Positions 44,888 through 54,834 of a stretch of DNA of 64,000 nucleotides are shown in pieces; the first letter of the stretch is position 1, and each line of letters begins with the position of its first letter. This DNA is from Candidatus Altiarchaeales archaeon. GTDB taxonomy: Archaea; Altiarchaeota; Altiarchaeia; IMC4; SCGC-AAA252-I15. The stretch is from contig WJMO01000007.1 in the NCBI GenBank assembly GCA_014727915.1, positions 1-64,000 on the forward strand, written 5' to 3'. Position numbers and translations under genes: made by a program. Below the pieces are notes generated by a model. It was not told the DNA's origin and searched no databases. It saw only the letters and a program-made list of their open reading frames with translations.

Positions 44888-47800
44888 ATGAGGAAACTGG
44901 CTTTTGCACTCGCATTTCTAGCTTTAACCAATGTCGTGTGGTCCCAGAGCTGGGAGACGTTCAGGGGGGACTACCTGCGCACTGGTGAGTCCACCGCAGA
45001 GTCGTCCTTCAGCTTCGACGACTTCAACATACTATGGCATTTCCAGACCGGGGAGGCGGTCAGGGGCCCTCCGAGCGTGGCCGACATAGACGGGGATGGG
45101 GTCCGCGACATAGTATTCGGTTCGGACGACGACCACCTCTATGTGCTGGACGACCGTGGCAGGCTGAAGTGGGAGTATGAGACAGGCGGCAACGTCCGCT
45201 CAGCGCCCACATTGGTTGACGCTGACGGTGACGGCAGCGTTGACGTGTTGTTCGGTTCGGATGACGGGTACCTTTACATGCTGGACAACGAAGGCAATCT
45301 GACGTGGAAGTATGAGACAGGGGGGATGGTCCGTAGTTCCCCCCTAGTCGAGGACCTTGGCGGCACGACCGTCAAGGAGATCGTCTTCGGTTCGGGAGAC
45401 AGCAGGGTATACTGCCTGAACCCGTCCGGTGAGAAGCTGTGGGAGTACAAGACTGCAGAGTCTGTGTACTCGTCTCCTGCCCTCTATGACATGGACAATG
45501 ACGGGGAGGACGAGATCGTGTTCGGGTCGGACGATAACATAGTATACATAATCAAGCACCCCCCGCATAAGGTCTGGACCTACCAGACATCGGGGGACAT
45601 AAGCTCTACGCCCGCGATAGACAGGTCGGGGAATGTCGTGGCGGGGTCGGGGGATAAGAGGCTTTACAGGCTCCACATAACCAGCCGTGGAGTTTCCGAG
45701 TCCAGGAGGGTTTGGAGCGGGACTGAATGGACGACCGAGAGGATAAGCATAACGGGGCTGGTGCAGATGTGGAACCACACGCTAGGGGGGAAGGTATCGA
45801 CTTCGCCGGCGTTGGGCAACATTTACAACACGGACGGCACATATGGGGCTTTCGTCGGCGGCGACGACGGTGTGCTGTACATGGTCTACATAAACGGCAG
45901 CAGAAGCAGAATATACAGCGTCTCAAAGCCCATAGAATCCTCCCCCGCTGTGGGGGACCTGAACGGCGACAACATAACAGACATCGTCTTCGGCACAAAC
46001 GACAATAAAGTTTTCATAATAAATCATCCGGGTAGGAGCGTGTTCACATTCGAGACTGGCGGCCCGGTGAGGTCCTCCCCCGCGCTGGCAGACCTTGTGG
46101 GCGACGGCACATTGGAGGTTATGGTAGGCTCCGACGACGGTAAGCTATACATATTCGGCGACTCCAGGAGCATGAGCGTGCACGTCGGCTACACATACTA
46201 CCAGACCGCGCTGAAATACTATGGGGTGGGGGACATAGAAAACGCGAAAAGGTTCATTGAAGGGGCGAAGACCAGGTTCAACCGGGCTGACTACACTGAG
46301 GGCATAAGCGAATGCAACAGCTTGCTGGGCAGGATAGAGGGGGACAGCCACTATAACAAAGCCCAGGACCTGTACTTGGACGGGGACTTGAGGGGAGCTC
46401 GCGAGGAGGTCGAGACCGCGGCGGAGGTTTACTTCAGAGCCGGGGACGAATATGGGTTTGAGCGTGCGGACCGGCTTTTCATAAGGATAGAGGCCGACAC
46501 ATACTACGAGGAAGCCCAGTACTACTACAATCTTGGACTGTACCAGAACGCTTCAGAGTACATCGAGGCTGCCCGGAGATACTATGCGAGCATAAACTAC
46601 ACAGAGGGGGTTGAGATGTCAACGCAGATGTACAACGTATCACAGACTCATGGGAAAGCGGACATATACTTCGAGGACGGGATAACATCCCGGAAGGAGG
46701 GGAAATACGACGTTGCGGAGATGTACTTCGGGCTTGCGAGGCTGTCATACGAGCTTGCCGGGGACATGGAGAACGCCAACATAACAAGCCATTACATAAA
46801 CACCGTGAAAGGCGACCAGTACTTCCAGAACGCCATGGAATACCTTAACGCAGGGGACTATGCCAGGGCTGTCGAAGAGGCTGAAGTGGCGATGCGGTAC
46901 TTCCGCAACGGAAGCGGGGAGGACACCAACAAGGTTGACGTGCTCTATGAGAGGGTGAAATGGCTCGCTCAAGCAAATGACCTTTATGAGAAGGCGGAGA
47001 AGCATTATACTGCGGCAGACTTCGAGGCAGCCATCGAATACGCGGACAAGGCCATGGTCTTATACAACACCTCGGGAGACTTGGAAGGCTACACAAGATC
47101 TGAGAGGCTATACCAGCGCGCTTCCAGGGCGGCGGGTTCGGGAGGGGGCGGGATATTCCCTGAGGACCTTCCGCTGGTTCCTGCCCTCATGATCGTGTCA
47201 TCTCTGGCTGCAATAGGGTACATGCTGTCAAAGAGGAGGAAGCCGCGCAGGTGGTTCATAGGAGGGTGGCGCAGGTACGGGCGATTCATAGCAGCATACA
47301 CTATTGTCCCGGCAGGCAGGAGCATAAGCCTAATACCCCCGAAGAGGCTTGCGGAGAAGCTCAGCAGGAGAAGCGTCCTATTGGAGGGAGGAGCAGGGGA
47401 TCGTGCGAAGGTGGACGTCGCAGGCGCAAAGCCGACGAAGAGGCCATCACCTATCGGGGCGCAAACACAAGAACATGGCAAACAGACAACACCAGCCATA
47501 CCGCAAACGCCGAGACCGCCATTACCCCCAAGCAGGAGAAGGCCGCCCTCCACCAAAGAGAGGATAAGACACAAACTCAGAAAGATACTAGGAATAAAAC
47601 CCAAACACCCCAGACCACCACAGCCAAGAACACCGCCAAAGAGGGGAATAACAGCACCTCAACATCAGATGAGACCATCAGGCCCTCCAACCCACAGGAG
47701 AAGGCCGCCCTCCACCAAAGAGAGGATAAGACACAAACTCAGAAAGATACTAGGAATAAAACCCAAACACCCCAGACCACCACAGCCAAGAACACCGCCA

Positions 47801-48274
47801 AAGCCTGCAGGAATTAAACAGCCAGCCGGGCATCCTGGTGTCAAACCCCAGGCCAAGGCCAGCAAGCCCAAGAGGATTCTTCCGCCCAAGCCGACAGATT
47901 CTCTTCCCAAGTCAGAGCCTGAAAACGCCTTCAAGCCTCCCCGAACATCGGATGCGGCAGGAGAAGAAAAGGAGGGGAAAAAGGCGAGGGCAGGCAGGGA
48001 GGCCAGGATAGGGTTGGAACATAGGATACAGCTCATGGACAGGGAGAAGACAGAAGAACCCCCGGCGGAAGAGGAGGAGACCGAAGAGAAGCACAAGGAG
48101 AGAAAAGATGACGCGGGGAAGAGCCTGTTCACATCAGAAGACGACAGGTTCGCTGTGATGCTCTGGAACATCAGGGACACCCTCCGGAACCTGCTGGGAG
48201 GAGCCAAGAAGGAGAAGAGGCGCAAACACAGGGTAGTGCTGCTGCCAAGAGACAAGAAAGACAGAGTAGACTAA
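44888..48274 (+). CDS. Secreted PQQ/FG-GAP beta-propeller + TPR-like membrane protein with Pro/Arg-rich cytoplasmic tail
   Basis: Signal peptide; repeated W.YETGG.VRSSP..D.DGDG..IVFGSDD; helical Tyr/Ala repeats; TM; basic tail. Confidence 0.82.
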   Translation: MRKLAFALAFLALTNVVWSQSWETFRGDYLRTGESTAESSFSFDDFNILWHFQTGEAVRGPPSVADIDGDGVRDIVFGSDDDHLYVLDDRGRLKWEYETGGNVRSAPTLVDADGDGSVDVLFGSDDGYLYMLDNEGNLTWKYETGGMVRSSPLVEDLGGTTVKEIVFGSGDSRVYCLNPSGEKLWEYKTAESVYSSPALYDMDNDGEDEIVFGSDDNIVYIIKHPPHKVWTYQTSGDISSTPAIDRSGNVVAGSGDKRLYRLHITSRGVSESRRVWSGTEWTTERISITGLVQMWNHTLGGKVSTSPALGNIYNTDGTYGAFVGGDDGVLYMVYINGSRSRIYSVSKPIESSPAVGDLNGDNITDIVFGTNDNKVFIINHPGRSVFTFETGGPVRSSPALADLVGDGTLEVMVGSDDGKLYIFGDSRSMSVHVGYTYYQTALKYYGVGDIENAKRFIEGAKTRFNRADYTEGISECNSLLGRIEGDSHYNKAQDLYLDGDLRGAREEVETAAEVYFRAGDEYGFERADRLFIRIEADTYYEEAQYYYNLGLYQNASEYIEAARRYYASINYTEGVEMSTQMYNVSQTHGKADIYFEDGITSRKEGKYDVAEMYFGLARLSYELAGDMENANITSHYINTVKGDQYFQNAMEYLNAGDYARAVEEAEVAMRYFRNGSGEDTNKVDVLYERVKWLAQANDLYEKAEKHYTAADFEAAIEYADKAMVLYNTSGDLEGYTRSERLYQRASRAAGSGGGGIFPEDLPLVPALMIVSSLAAIGYMLSKRRKPRRWFIGGWRRYGRFIAAYTIVPAGRSISLIPPKRLAEKLSRRSVLLEGGAGDRAKVDVAGAKPTKRPSPIGAQTQEHGKQTTPAIPQTPRPPLPPSRRRPPSTKERIRHKLRKILGIKPKHPRPPQPRTPPKRGITAPQHQMRPSGPPTHRRRPPSTKERIRHKLRKILGIKPKHPRPPQPRTPPKPAGIKQPAGHPGVKPQAKASKPKRILPPKPTDSLPKSEPENAFKPPRTSDAAGEEKEGKKARAGREARIGLEHRIQLMDREKTEEPPAEEEETEEKHKERKDDAGKSLFTSEDDRFAVMLWNIRDTLRNLLGGAKKEKRRKHRVVLLPRDKKDRVD
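47533..47803 (+). repeat. Perfect 109-bp direct repeat (162-bp period) in the coding tail
   Basis: 47533-47641 = 47695-47803, encoding RRRPPSTKERIRHKLRKILGIKPKHPRPPQPRTPPK. Confidence 0.9.
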
Positions 48275-48603
48275 CGGTTGGGGTTCTTCTCACGCGCATA
48301 GGGCAGGTATGAGACATAACCGCATCTGAGGCATTTCACCTCTAAACGCTTCTCCCGGGAATTCAGCCTCTTACGGCTGTTATTAGAGGCCAGGTAGGAT
48401 TTGCACCTCCGACAGTACCTCATCTTCAGCTCCCGGGGCATCCGCACATTGCACCTCAAGCCTATGATATGCGCCTGACGAACCCTGGAGGTCGCAGAGT
48501 CATAGTCTCCATCGGCCGCCAGCTCACCGGCCTGGTCGAAGAGGATGCGTATCCGCTCCAACGCGATCTTTTTTTGATCGGCTTTGTCCCTCGGACGCGC
48601 CAT
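48271..48603 (-). CDS. rnp4: Ribonuclease P protein component 4 (Rpp21)
   Basis: IALERIRILF, YCRRC...CLRCG zinc ribbon. Confidence 0.9.
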   Translation of the reverse strand: MARPRDKADQKKIALERIRILFDQAGELAADGDYDSATSRVRQAHIIGLRCNVRMPRELKMRYCRRCKSYLASNNSRKRLNSREKRLEVKCLRCGYVSYLPYAREKNPNR

Positions 48604-48647
48604 GTTTATTTATAGCAGGAGGTGAAGATAATAAAAGGGATGGGAGA

Positions 48648-48824
48648 ATGCCTGCACCAACGACCGAAAGGAAAAGAGAAAACGTGGGGGGAGACGAGCT
48701 GGTATCGCCCATAGGCGAGCCAGAACTGGAAGTGATGCAGAGCCTGAACGTGCTAGCCAGCCCAGCCAGCAGATACGGTATCGAAAGGATAAGAAAGGCA
48801 GGGTTCAAAACAGAGCAAAGATGA
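48648..48824 (+). CDS. Small hypothetical protein (58 aa, absent from the ORF track)
   Basis: MPAPTTERKRENVGG...KAGFKTEQR*; its stop overlaps the next start (ATGA). Confidence 0.45.
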   Translation: MPAPTTERKRENVGGDELVSPIGEPELEVMQSLNVLASPASRYGIERIRKAGFKTEQR

Positions 48825-49123
48825 CAGAAGACCTAAAGCCCATATTCTCAGATGAAAGGGTTGATGAACTTCTACGGAGATACGGGTCAAGACTCAGGAG
48901 GATACCATTCACAGTGGATGGGATACCGTCCGATGAGGAGGTGAAGCTGACAAAGGACATATGGGCGGCGCTCACCGACGGGGAGAGAGGACATGCGTTG
49001 GATAACATAAGCCATATGGTCTCGGAAGAGGAGGGCATACCCTTAGAGGACCTGCCAGACCAGACACCCTATGCTATGAGGCTGACACACCGGTTCCTAA
49101 GGATAGAATCCACCGAAGACTAA
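48821..49123 (+). CDS. Hypothetical protein
   Basis: 100-aa ORF, translationally coupled to the upstream small ORF. Confidence 0.55.
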   Translation: MTEDLKPIFSDERVDELLRRYGSRLRRIPFTVDGIPSDEEVKLTKDIWAALTDGERGHALDNISHMVSEEEGIPLEDLPDQTPYAMRLTHRFLRIESTED

Positions 49124-50154
49124 GTAAGTTTCTTGCAGCCTCTCCTCGTCAGCAATACCGTATCCTCGAAGCGCACCCCAAATCGTCGGGGCAGGTATAT
49201 GCCAGGCTCGACCGTGAACACCATCCCCGGCTTCAAGCGCACGTTAGCGCCGGGCCTGAAGTTCGGGCCTTCGTGTATCTCCAAACCCACGCCATGGCCT
49301 GATAGGTGGTGGAAGTTATAACCTGCCGCCTTGATACTCTCATCCACGTACTTGTGAACGGAAGAGGCTTGGATCCCGGGGCGTATCAAGTCTATGGTCT
49401 CGTCCCTCAGCCTGCGGATTAGATCCGAGACCCTCCGCTCATCCGAGTTCAACGATCCTGCCGAGAGGGTGCGGGTCATGTCAGAATGGTATCCACGGTA
49501 CACCGCTCCCAAGTCCACAACAACCGGCCCCCTGCTTATCCGCTTATTGGATGGCCGGGCATGGATGTCGGCACTGCGTTTACCCGAAGCCAATAGCATC
49601 CCACAGTCGAATGGGGGGCGTTCGGAACCGCGGCGCCGGAGCTCAGCCTCGATTTCTGCTACGGCATCCAACTCCCTGACCCCCACGTCAACCACCTCCC
49701 GCGCCTTCCGCATCCCAAGCTTGGCTATCCTAGCGGACCTTCTTATGCGGTCAATCTCCTCTTTGGTCTTGACCGACCGGGCCGACTTCGCCGAAGCAGA
49801 GACGACCACCTTCTTCCGTGAGGCCTTCCTAATGGGAGCCACATATTCCGCCGAGGACACGCCAATGCTCTTGGAGCGGAGACACCTCAAAGTCCGCTTA
49901 AGATCGGATTCATCGTGGACGCGGACCTCCAGGGGATACCCGCGCATGGAATATGTGGATTCATAGAGTTCATAGTAGACGTCCTTGACCCACAGTATCG
50001 CAGAGTCTTTCGTTATGAGAATGCGGCCTGTATCCTTCCCTGAGAGGTAGAATGCGTCAAAGTCCTTGTTGACGTACAATGCCGTCAACCTCTCCCTTCG
50101 CATTTCACCCCGGACCTTGGAAAGGCGACGCCTCAACTCCGCAGACTTTATCAT
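49120..50154 (-). CDS. Xaa-Pro aminopeptidase / prolidase (M24B)
   Basis: DLG...YHSDMTRT, GHGVGLEIHE, TVEPGIY and RFED motifs. Confidence 0.92.
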   Translation of the reverse strand: MIKSAELRRRLSKVRGEMRRERLTALYVNKDFDAFYLSGKDTGRILITKDSAILWVKDVYYELYESTYSMRGYPLEVRVHDESDLKRTLRCLRSKSIGVSSAEYVAPIRKASRKKVVVSASAKSARSVKTKEEIDRIRRSARIAKLGMRKAREVVDVGVRELDAVAEIEAELRRRGSERPPFDCGMLLASGKRSADIHARPSNKRISRGPVVVDLGAVYRGYHSDMTRTLSAGSLNSDERRVSDLIRRLRDETIDLIRPGIQASSVHKYVDESIKAAGYNFHHLSGHGVGLEIHEGPNFRPGANVRLKPGMVFTVEPGIYLPRRFGVRFEDTVLLTRRGCKKLT

Positions 50155-50253
50155 AGTATATTAATAGGAACATGGAATAAGAACCTTGTTCTGTTTTTAA
50201 GGCCTACCGACAATAACTTACCATATTGTTTTTTAAAATTACAGGTGTTTTTT

Positions 50254-50469
50254 ATGAAACCTGCGAAACCACTTGATGCCTTAAAGGAATTGAACGAAAC
50301 ACAGATCCTGGTTAGATTGAAGAATGGCATGGAGATACAGGGCAAGCTGAAAGCCTATGACATACACATAAATCTCGTGCTTGAAGACGCTGAATTCCAA
50401 GACGGAGACGTCAACAAGAAATTCAAGCACCTCTTCCTGCGGGGAGACATGGTATTGTTCATAAGCTGA
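50254..50469 (+). CDS. Sm-like archaeal protein (SmAP1/Lsm)
   Basis: VRLKNG..GKLKAYD.HINLVL, FLRGD; upstream of L37e as is typical in archaea. Confidence 0.92.
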   Translation: MKPAKPLDALKELNETQILVRLKNGMEIQGKLKAYDIHINLVLEDAEFQDGDVNKKFKHLFLRGDMVLFIS

Positions 50470-50511
50470 TAGGCCTTTTTTATATGCGGATACCGTATAT
50501 TGTAGGTTGAG

Positions 50512-50682
50512 ATGACTAAGGGAACCCCAAGCCTAGGCAAGCGCGGGAAGAGGAAGACCCACGTTAATTGCCCCCGTTGCGGAGGCAAAAGCTACCATCA
50601 ACGGAAGAAGGAATGCGCATCCTGCGGATTCGGAAGGAGCAAGCGGATGAAGTCCAAAAACCCGCCAAAACGGAAGAGATAG
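50512..50682 (+). CDS. rpl37e: 50S ribosomal protein L37e (not in the ORF track)
   Basis: [46 protein letters not shown]... Confidence 0.95.
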   Translation: MTKGTPSLGKRGKRKTHVNCPRCGGKSYHQRKKECASCGFGRSKRMKSKNPPKRKR

Positions 50683-50688
50683 GTTTCT

Positions 50689-52599
50689 TCAGCTTTCCAT
50701 TATCAGCTTACCGTCCCTGAACCGGAACTTGTACTTGGACAGCATGTGAACGGTCACCCAAGCCGTCATCAGCGCCAACAGTACGGGTATCTTCAGGTGG
50801 TCCGCGATCTTAGCCTCCCGGAACCTGTCGAGGGTGTCAACTCCGGAATCGCATTTCACATCGAGCTGAAGGTTGTTGCGGGCGAATGTCCCCCAGACCA
50901 TCTGGTTGGCGACCCACTCATCACGGGCGCATAAATCGTCGAATACACTCTCCAGGTAGGCCTTTGACCTGAATAGCATGTCCGTGCACTGTCTTGTGTC
51001 GTTGAACAGCAGGGTCGTGTAATGTCGGACGTGCTTCACATCCCTGAACGTCGGGAGGTAGATGACACAGTACCTGCCGGCCACCGACCTGTCCAATATG
51101 TTGAAGGCGTGCATTATCTGCGTGTCATAGGACTTGGGGCTTATGAATATCATACCGTACTTGCCAGACGATATCTCATCCGCCAGCTGCTCCTCCAAAG
51201 CCGTCGAGTCGGAGTAGGTGCCTTCAGATGCGTTATAGTGCTTCAAGCCGGGCACGAAACCCAAGTCTATGCTGCGCTCTTCCTCTGGAGGGTTGTTGCG
51301 GCTGTCGACGAGGGACATGTCCAGGTTGGGGGTGCGTTCCGAAAGCAGGTCGCGCATCTCCCGGTCTGCCAGCACCCAGCCCGTGTTAGGGGGGATCAGG
51401 AAATACACTCCGTCAATCCTATCCTCCATCAGTGCGACATCAGAGGCCAGGCCGCGGGTGTAGGGGGTGTAGAGGGATATCATCTTCCTTGTCGGAGGCT
51501 GGCCATAGAGGTGGAATTCACCGTAGAAGACTGCAGCCAACAGCATTATGAAAGCCGCCTGAATACGGAGGTCCTCCTTGCGCAGCGAGTTGAGATATCT
51601 GCCGGAGATTATCATCAGGAAGAACAGGGGGAATATGACGTAATGGGATGCGAACAGGTAGGAGGTGGTGGCAACCGGCTTATACCTTGAGACGAATGTT
51701 GTGGCAGATGCGATAACATATACCAAGGCGGTAGGGTCACGCGACCGTAGATAATATAATATAGAGGCTAGGACGAGAACGTAGAATATCATCGTGTTAC
51801 CCTCTGCCAGGGGGTTGGTGAGGATTATGTCACGCGCCGCCTGGGCATAGCTCATCTCCTCGCTGTGAACGTGGCTGAACAGGGTGTAGACGAATATCTG
51901 AGGGTATAAGAGCTTCAAAGCAAGGACCGCCACTAGAAAAGGGAATAGCAGGGCAGCAGCGTTCTTGAAGAAGGAGCTGTCGACTTCGAAGCTCACGTCC
52001 AAGCCCCTCCTACCCCCTATCGAAAGGCTGAAGTGGGATATGAAATAGACCACCAGTATCCCAGCCAAACCGGACAATGCGACGACCTTGCTTGCCAGAG
52101 AAAGCATGAATAGGAGGGACGCGACAGCCACCCTGCGAACCCCCATGCCCGATTTTAGGATGTGATAGCCGGACATCATGAAAGCCGCGGCCAGTAGGGT
52201 GGCAAGGTTCCCCACGGTAAGGGGCAGTATGACCAGACAGTACATTGCAGACAATGTGTGGTTTACCTCGTCTCTCCCGGATTTCACAAGCGATAGTATG
52301 AAAACCAGGCACATGATGTTAAGTGCTATTGAGAGCAGGGTTGATGCCGCCTGGAGGTGGCCGAACGAGATTAAAGAAAGCACTGCACCGACCGCGTAGA
52401 CCACCGGGGGCTGGGCGCACTCCGGCTGGCCCCCGTAGAGGCTGCCATCGAGGAAGTGGTCTATGCACCGGACCCACCGGTACTGGTAGCCGGCAACCTG
52501 GAAATAGCTCACAATGGAAAACGAGAGCAGAACCGCCAAAACAGCGAAAACCAAGGCGGACCTGCGAACATGCAATTGCAAACCAGCCAGCGAACCCAT
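50689..52599 (-). CDS. Polytopic membrane protein, GT-C-like glycosyltransferase candidate (paralog of 54835-56679)
   Basis: C.D...G.LYGGQP.CAQ.P..Y first-loop motif, about 11 TMs and an extracellular Cys-containing domain. Confidence 0.65.
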   Translation of the reverse strand: MGSLAGLQLHVRRSALVFAVLAVLLSFSIVSYFQVAGYQYRWVRCIDHFLDGSLYGGQPECAQPPVVYAVGAVLSLISFGHLQAASTLLSIALNIMCLVFILSLVKSGRDEVNHTLSAMYCLVILPLTVGNLATLLAAAFMMSGYHILKSGMGVRRVAVASLLFMLSLASKVVALSGLAGILVVYFISHFSLSIGGRRGLDVSFEVDSSFFKNAAALLFPFLVAVLALKLLYPQIFVYTLFSHVHSEEMSYAQAARDIILTNPLAEGNTMIFYVLVLASILYYLRSRDPTALVYVIASATTFVSRYKPVATTSYLFASHYVIFPLFFLMIISGRYLNSLRKEDLRIQAAFIMLLAAVFYGEFHLYGQPPTRKMISLYTPYTRGLASDVALMEDRIDGVYFLIPPNTGWVLADREMRDLLSERTPNLDMSLVDSRNNPPEEERSIDLGFVPGLKHYNASEGTYSDSTALEEQLADEISSGKYGMIFISPKSYDTQIMHAFNILDRSVAGRYCVIYLPTFRDVKHVRHYTTLLFNDTRQCTDMLFRSKAYLESVFDDLCARDEWVANQMVWGTFARNNLQLDVKCDSGVDTLDRFREAKIADHLKIPVLLALMTAWVTVHMLSKYKFRFRDGKLIMES

Positions 52600-52666
52600 G
52601 GTAAACCAGAATTAAGATGTTTTAAAAGATAAAAGCATAAGAGATATACTCCTGAGAGAACACCAG

Positions 52667-52741
52667 GGGCTCGTGGTCTAGTCCGGTTATGACATCGCCT
52701 TGACGTGGCGAGGATCCCCGGTTCGAATCCGGGCGAGCCCA
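52667..52741 (+). tRNA. tRNA-Val(GAC)
   Basis: GGGCTCG/CGAGCCC acceptor stem, TCGCC-TTGACGT-GGCGA anticodon arm, GGTTCGAATCC T arm. Confidence 0.95.
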
Positions 52742-52812
52742 CTCATCTGGAATCGTTAGCCACATAATATCACATACTCGCACGGATAAGCGAGTCCGAC
52801 AGGACGAGCAGG

Positions 52813-52827
52813 ATCCGGGCGAGCCCA
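52813..52827 (+). repeat. 15-bp duplicate of the tRNA-Val 3' end (att-like scar)
   Basis: ATCCGGGCGAGCCCA at 52727-52741 and 52813-52827. Confidence 0.75.
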
Positions 52828-53210
52828 AGAACGGCCCGCTCCGTTCACACGCGGAGCGGATGGAGGGGTTTCGTTTCACTCAACCCCTCATGCACTTCAT
52901 CATTTGTTTAAAGTACCTTTCAGGACAAAAAAGGCGGGAAAGCACATGCATGATCGGCTATTTTCGGTTATATAGTAAGCAGAGGGAAGGACAGAGTAAA
53001 GGATGGGAACCGTAGGTGCCCTGCCCTTATTTTTAATTTTTTTGTGTTTTTTTATGAACTATTGTTATTTTTTGTCGATATTTGGGGTTGATCGTTTTCT
53101 TGTTTTTTTGTTGGTGTGGGTTTTCCCTGGTTTCCGCTGGGTTGCTGTGTATTTTTAATGCTTGTTTCCCGTAGTATATGACAACATTTTAGATTATAGG
53201 TGTTTTTAAG

Positions 53211-54503
53211 ATGGCAGAGGAATCTACGAGTGCAGGTGAGTCAGCTTCAACTGCGAAGAAAAAGAAGAGCAAGCGAAAGAGGAAGAAGACGACCAGGAAG
53301 AAAACGACGAAGCATGTTAGTGATGGTGTTCACAGCAGGAAGTCCAGTGAGAATAGCGTATCAATCGACACTTTGCTGGCTGTGATATTGGTAATCTCCT
53401 TGATCGCGAACTTTGTGCTTTTCCTGCAGAACAACAGCTTAAGGGACGAGGTCAGCGATTTGAAGGGAGTCATCCTAGAGCAGGATTCCAGCGGTTCAGG
53501 CGCCGGCAGCCAGGGCGGGGGAAGCGGTTCAGGAACCCAGCCCGCTGTTCCAAGCGGTGACTTGACAGCAATAATATTGAACGATGAGCGGTGCAGCGAA
53601 TGCGACACGACATACTTGGAGACCCGGTTGGAGGCGGTCTTCCCAGGCATCAAGTTCGTGAAGTACGACTACAGCAGCGCCGACGGAAAGAAGCTATACA
53701 AGGACACTAACATACAGTATCTGCCCGCTGTGCTTTTCACCGACTCGGTGAAATCAGCGGAAGGGTACAGCACTGTCCAGCAGTACCTTGTGGACGCAGG
53801 CAACTACCTAAGCCTTAGGATAGGAGCCCAGTTCGACCCTGCGGCGGAGATATGCGACAACGGGAAGGACGACACAGGCAACGGAAAGGTGGACTGTGAG
53901 GACGAGACCTGCGCTGTCAAGCTGGTTTGCAGAGAGGAGAAGGATGGCAAACTGGACGTGTTCGTGATGAGCCAGTGCCCCTACGGTACGAGGGCCTTGG
54001 ACGCCATGAAGGAAGTGCTTGAGGCGTTCCCGGAGATGGACTTCGACATACACTACATCGCAAGCTATGACGAGAGCAGCGGCACGTTCAACGCCCTCCA
54101 CGGGCAGCCGGAAGTCGATGAGAACATCAGGCAGCTGTGCGTTATGAAGTACTACCCGGACGACTACGAGTACATGGAGTACATCTGGTGCAGGAACCCG
54201 GACATAACTAGCACGGACTGGGAGGGTTGCGCCACCGACAACGGCATGGACGCTGAGAAGATAAAGGAGTGCGCCGAGGGCGAGGAAGGCAAGCAGCTGC
54301 TCATAGAGAGCATAAAGCTGCCGAACGAGCTGGGTATCGGAGCCAGCCCAACATGGTTGGCCAACAACAGGTACGACTTCGGAGGCATAACCCCAGAGGC
54401 TGTGAGGCAGAAGTACTGCCAGTACAACGAGGGCCTCGACGGGTGCGAGGGGACTGCTGCCTTGAGCAATGAAGCGGACGTTCCGGCCGGCGGATGCGGA
54501 TAA
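53211..54503 (+). CDS. Membrane-anchored extracellular thioredoxin/DsbA-GILT-like protein
   Basis: TM; CSEC ... YLP; FVMSQCPYG, LHGQPEVDEN, C, GASPT. Confidence 0.75.
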   Translation: MAEESTSAGESASTAKKKKSKRKRKKTTRKKTTKHVSDGVHSRKSSENSVSIDTLLAVILVISLIANFVLFLQNNSLRDEVSDLKGVILEQDSSGSGAGSQGGGSGSGTQPAVPSGDLTAIILNDERCSECDTTYLETRLEAVFPGIKFVKYDYSSADGKKLYKDTNIQYLPAVLFTDSVKSAEGYSTVQQYLVDAGNYLSLRIGAQFDPAAEICDNGKDDTGNGKVDCEDETCAVKLVCREEKDGKLDVFVMSQCPYGTRALDAMKEVLEAFPEMDFDIHYIASYDESSGTFNALHGQPEVDENIRQLCVMKYYPDDYEYMEYIWCRNPDITSTDWEGCATDNGMDAEKIKECAEGEEGKQLLIESIKLPNELGIGASPTWLANNRYDFGGITPEAVRQKYCQYNEGLDGCEGTAALSNEADVPAGGCG

Positions 54504-54509
54504 GTGACA

Positions 54510-54821
54510 ATGGTAAAGGAGTTGGATGAGGGAGGCTTCGACGGGGCCGTAGGTTCAGGCCTCGTCGTTGTTGACCTCTGGGCGCCATGGTGCATGCCAT
54601 GCAAGATGATAGCCCCCATAGTGGAGGAGCTGTCGGAAGAGTATGAGGGCAGGATATCCTTCTACAAGCTGAACATAGACGAGCACCAGGGCCCAGCAGC
54701 CAAATACCAGGTCATGAGCATACCCACCCTGCTGATCTTCAAGGAAGGGGAGGTCGTGGACAAGGTGGTGGGCGCCCTGCCAAAGGAGAAGATAAAGGAG
54801 AAGCTTGAAGCCCAGCTTTAG
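54510..54821 (+). CDS. trxA: Thioredoxin
   Basis: VDLWAPWCMPCK...VMSIPTL. Confidence 0.93.
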   Translation: MVKELDEGGFDGAVGSGLVVVDLWAPWCMPCKMIAPIVEELSEEYEGRISFYKLNIDEHQGPAAKYQVMSIPTLLIFKEGEVVDKVVGALPKEKIKEKLEAQL

Positions 54822-54834
54822 CTTTTCCCACTAC

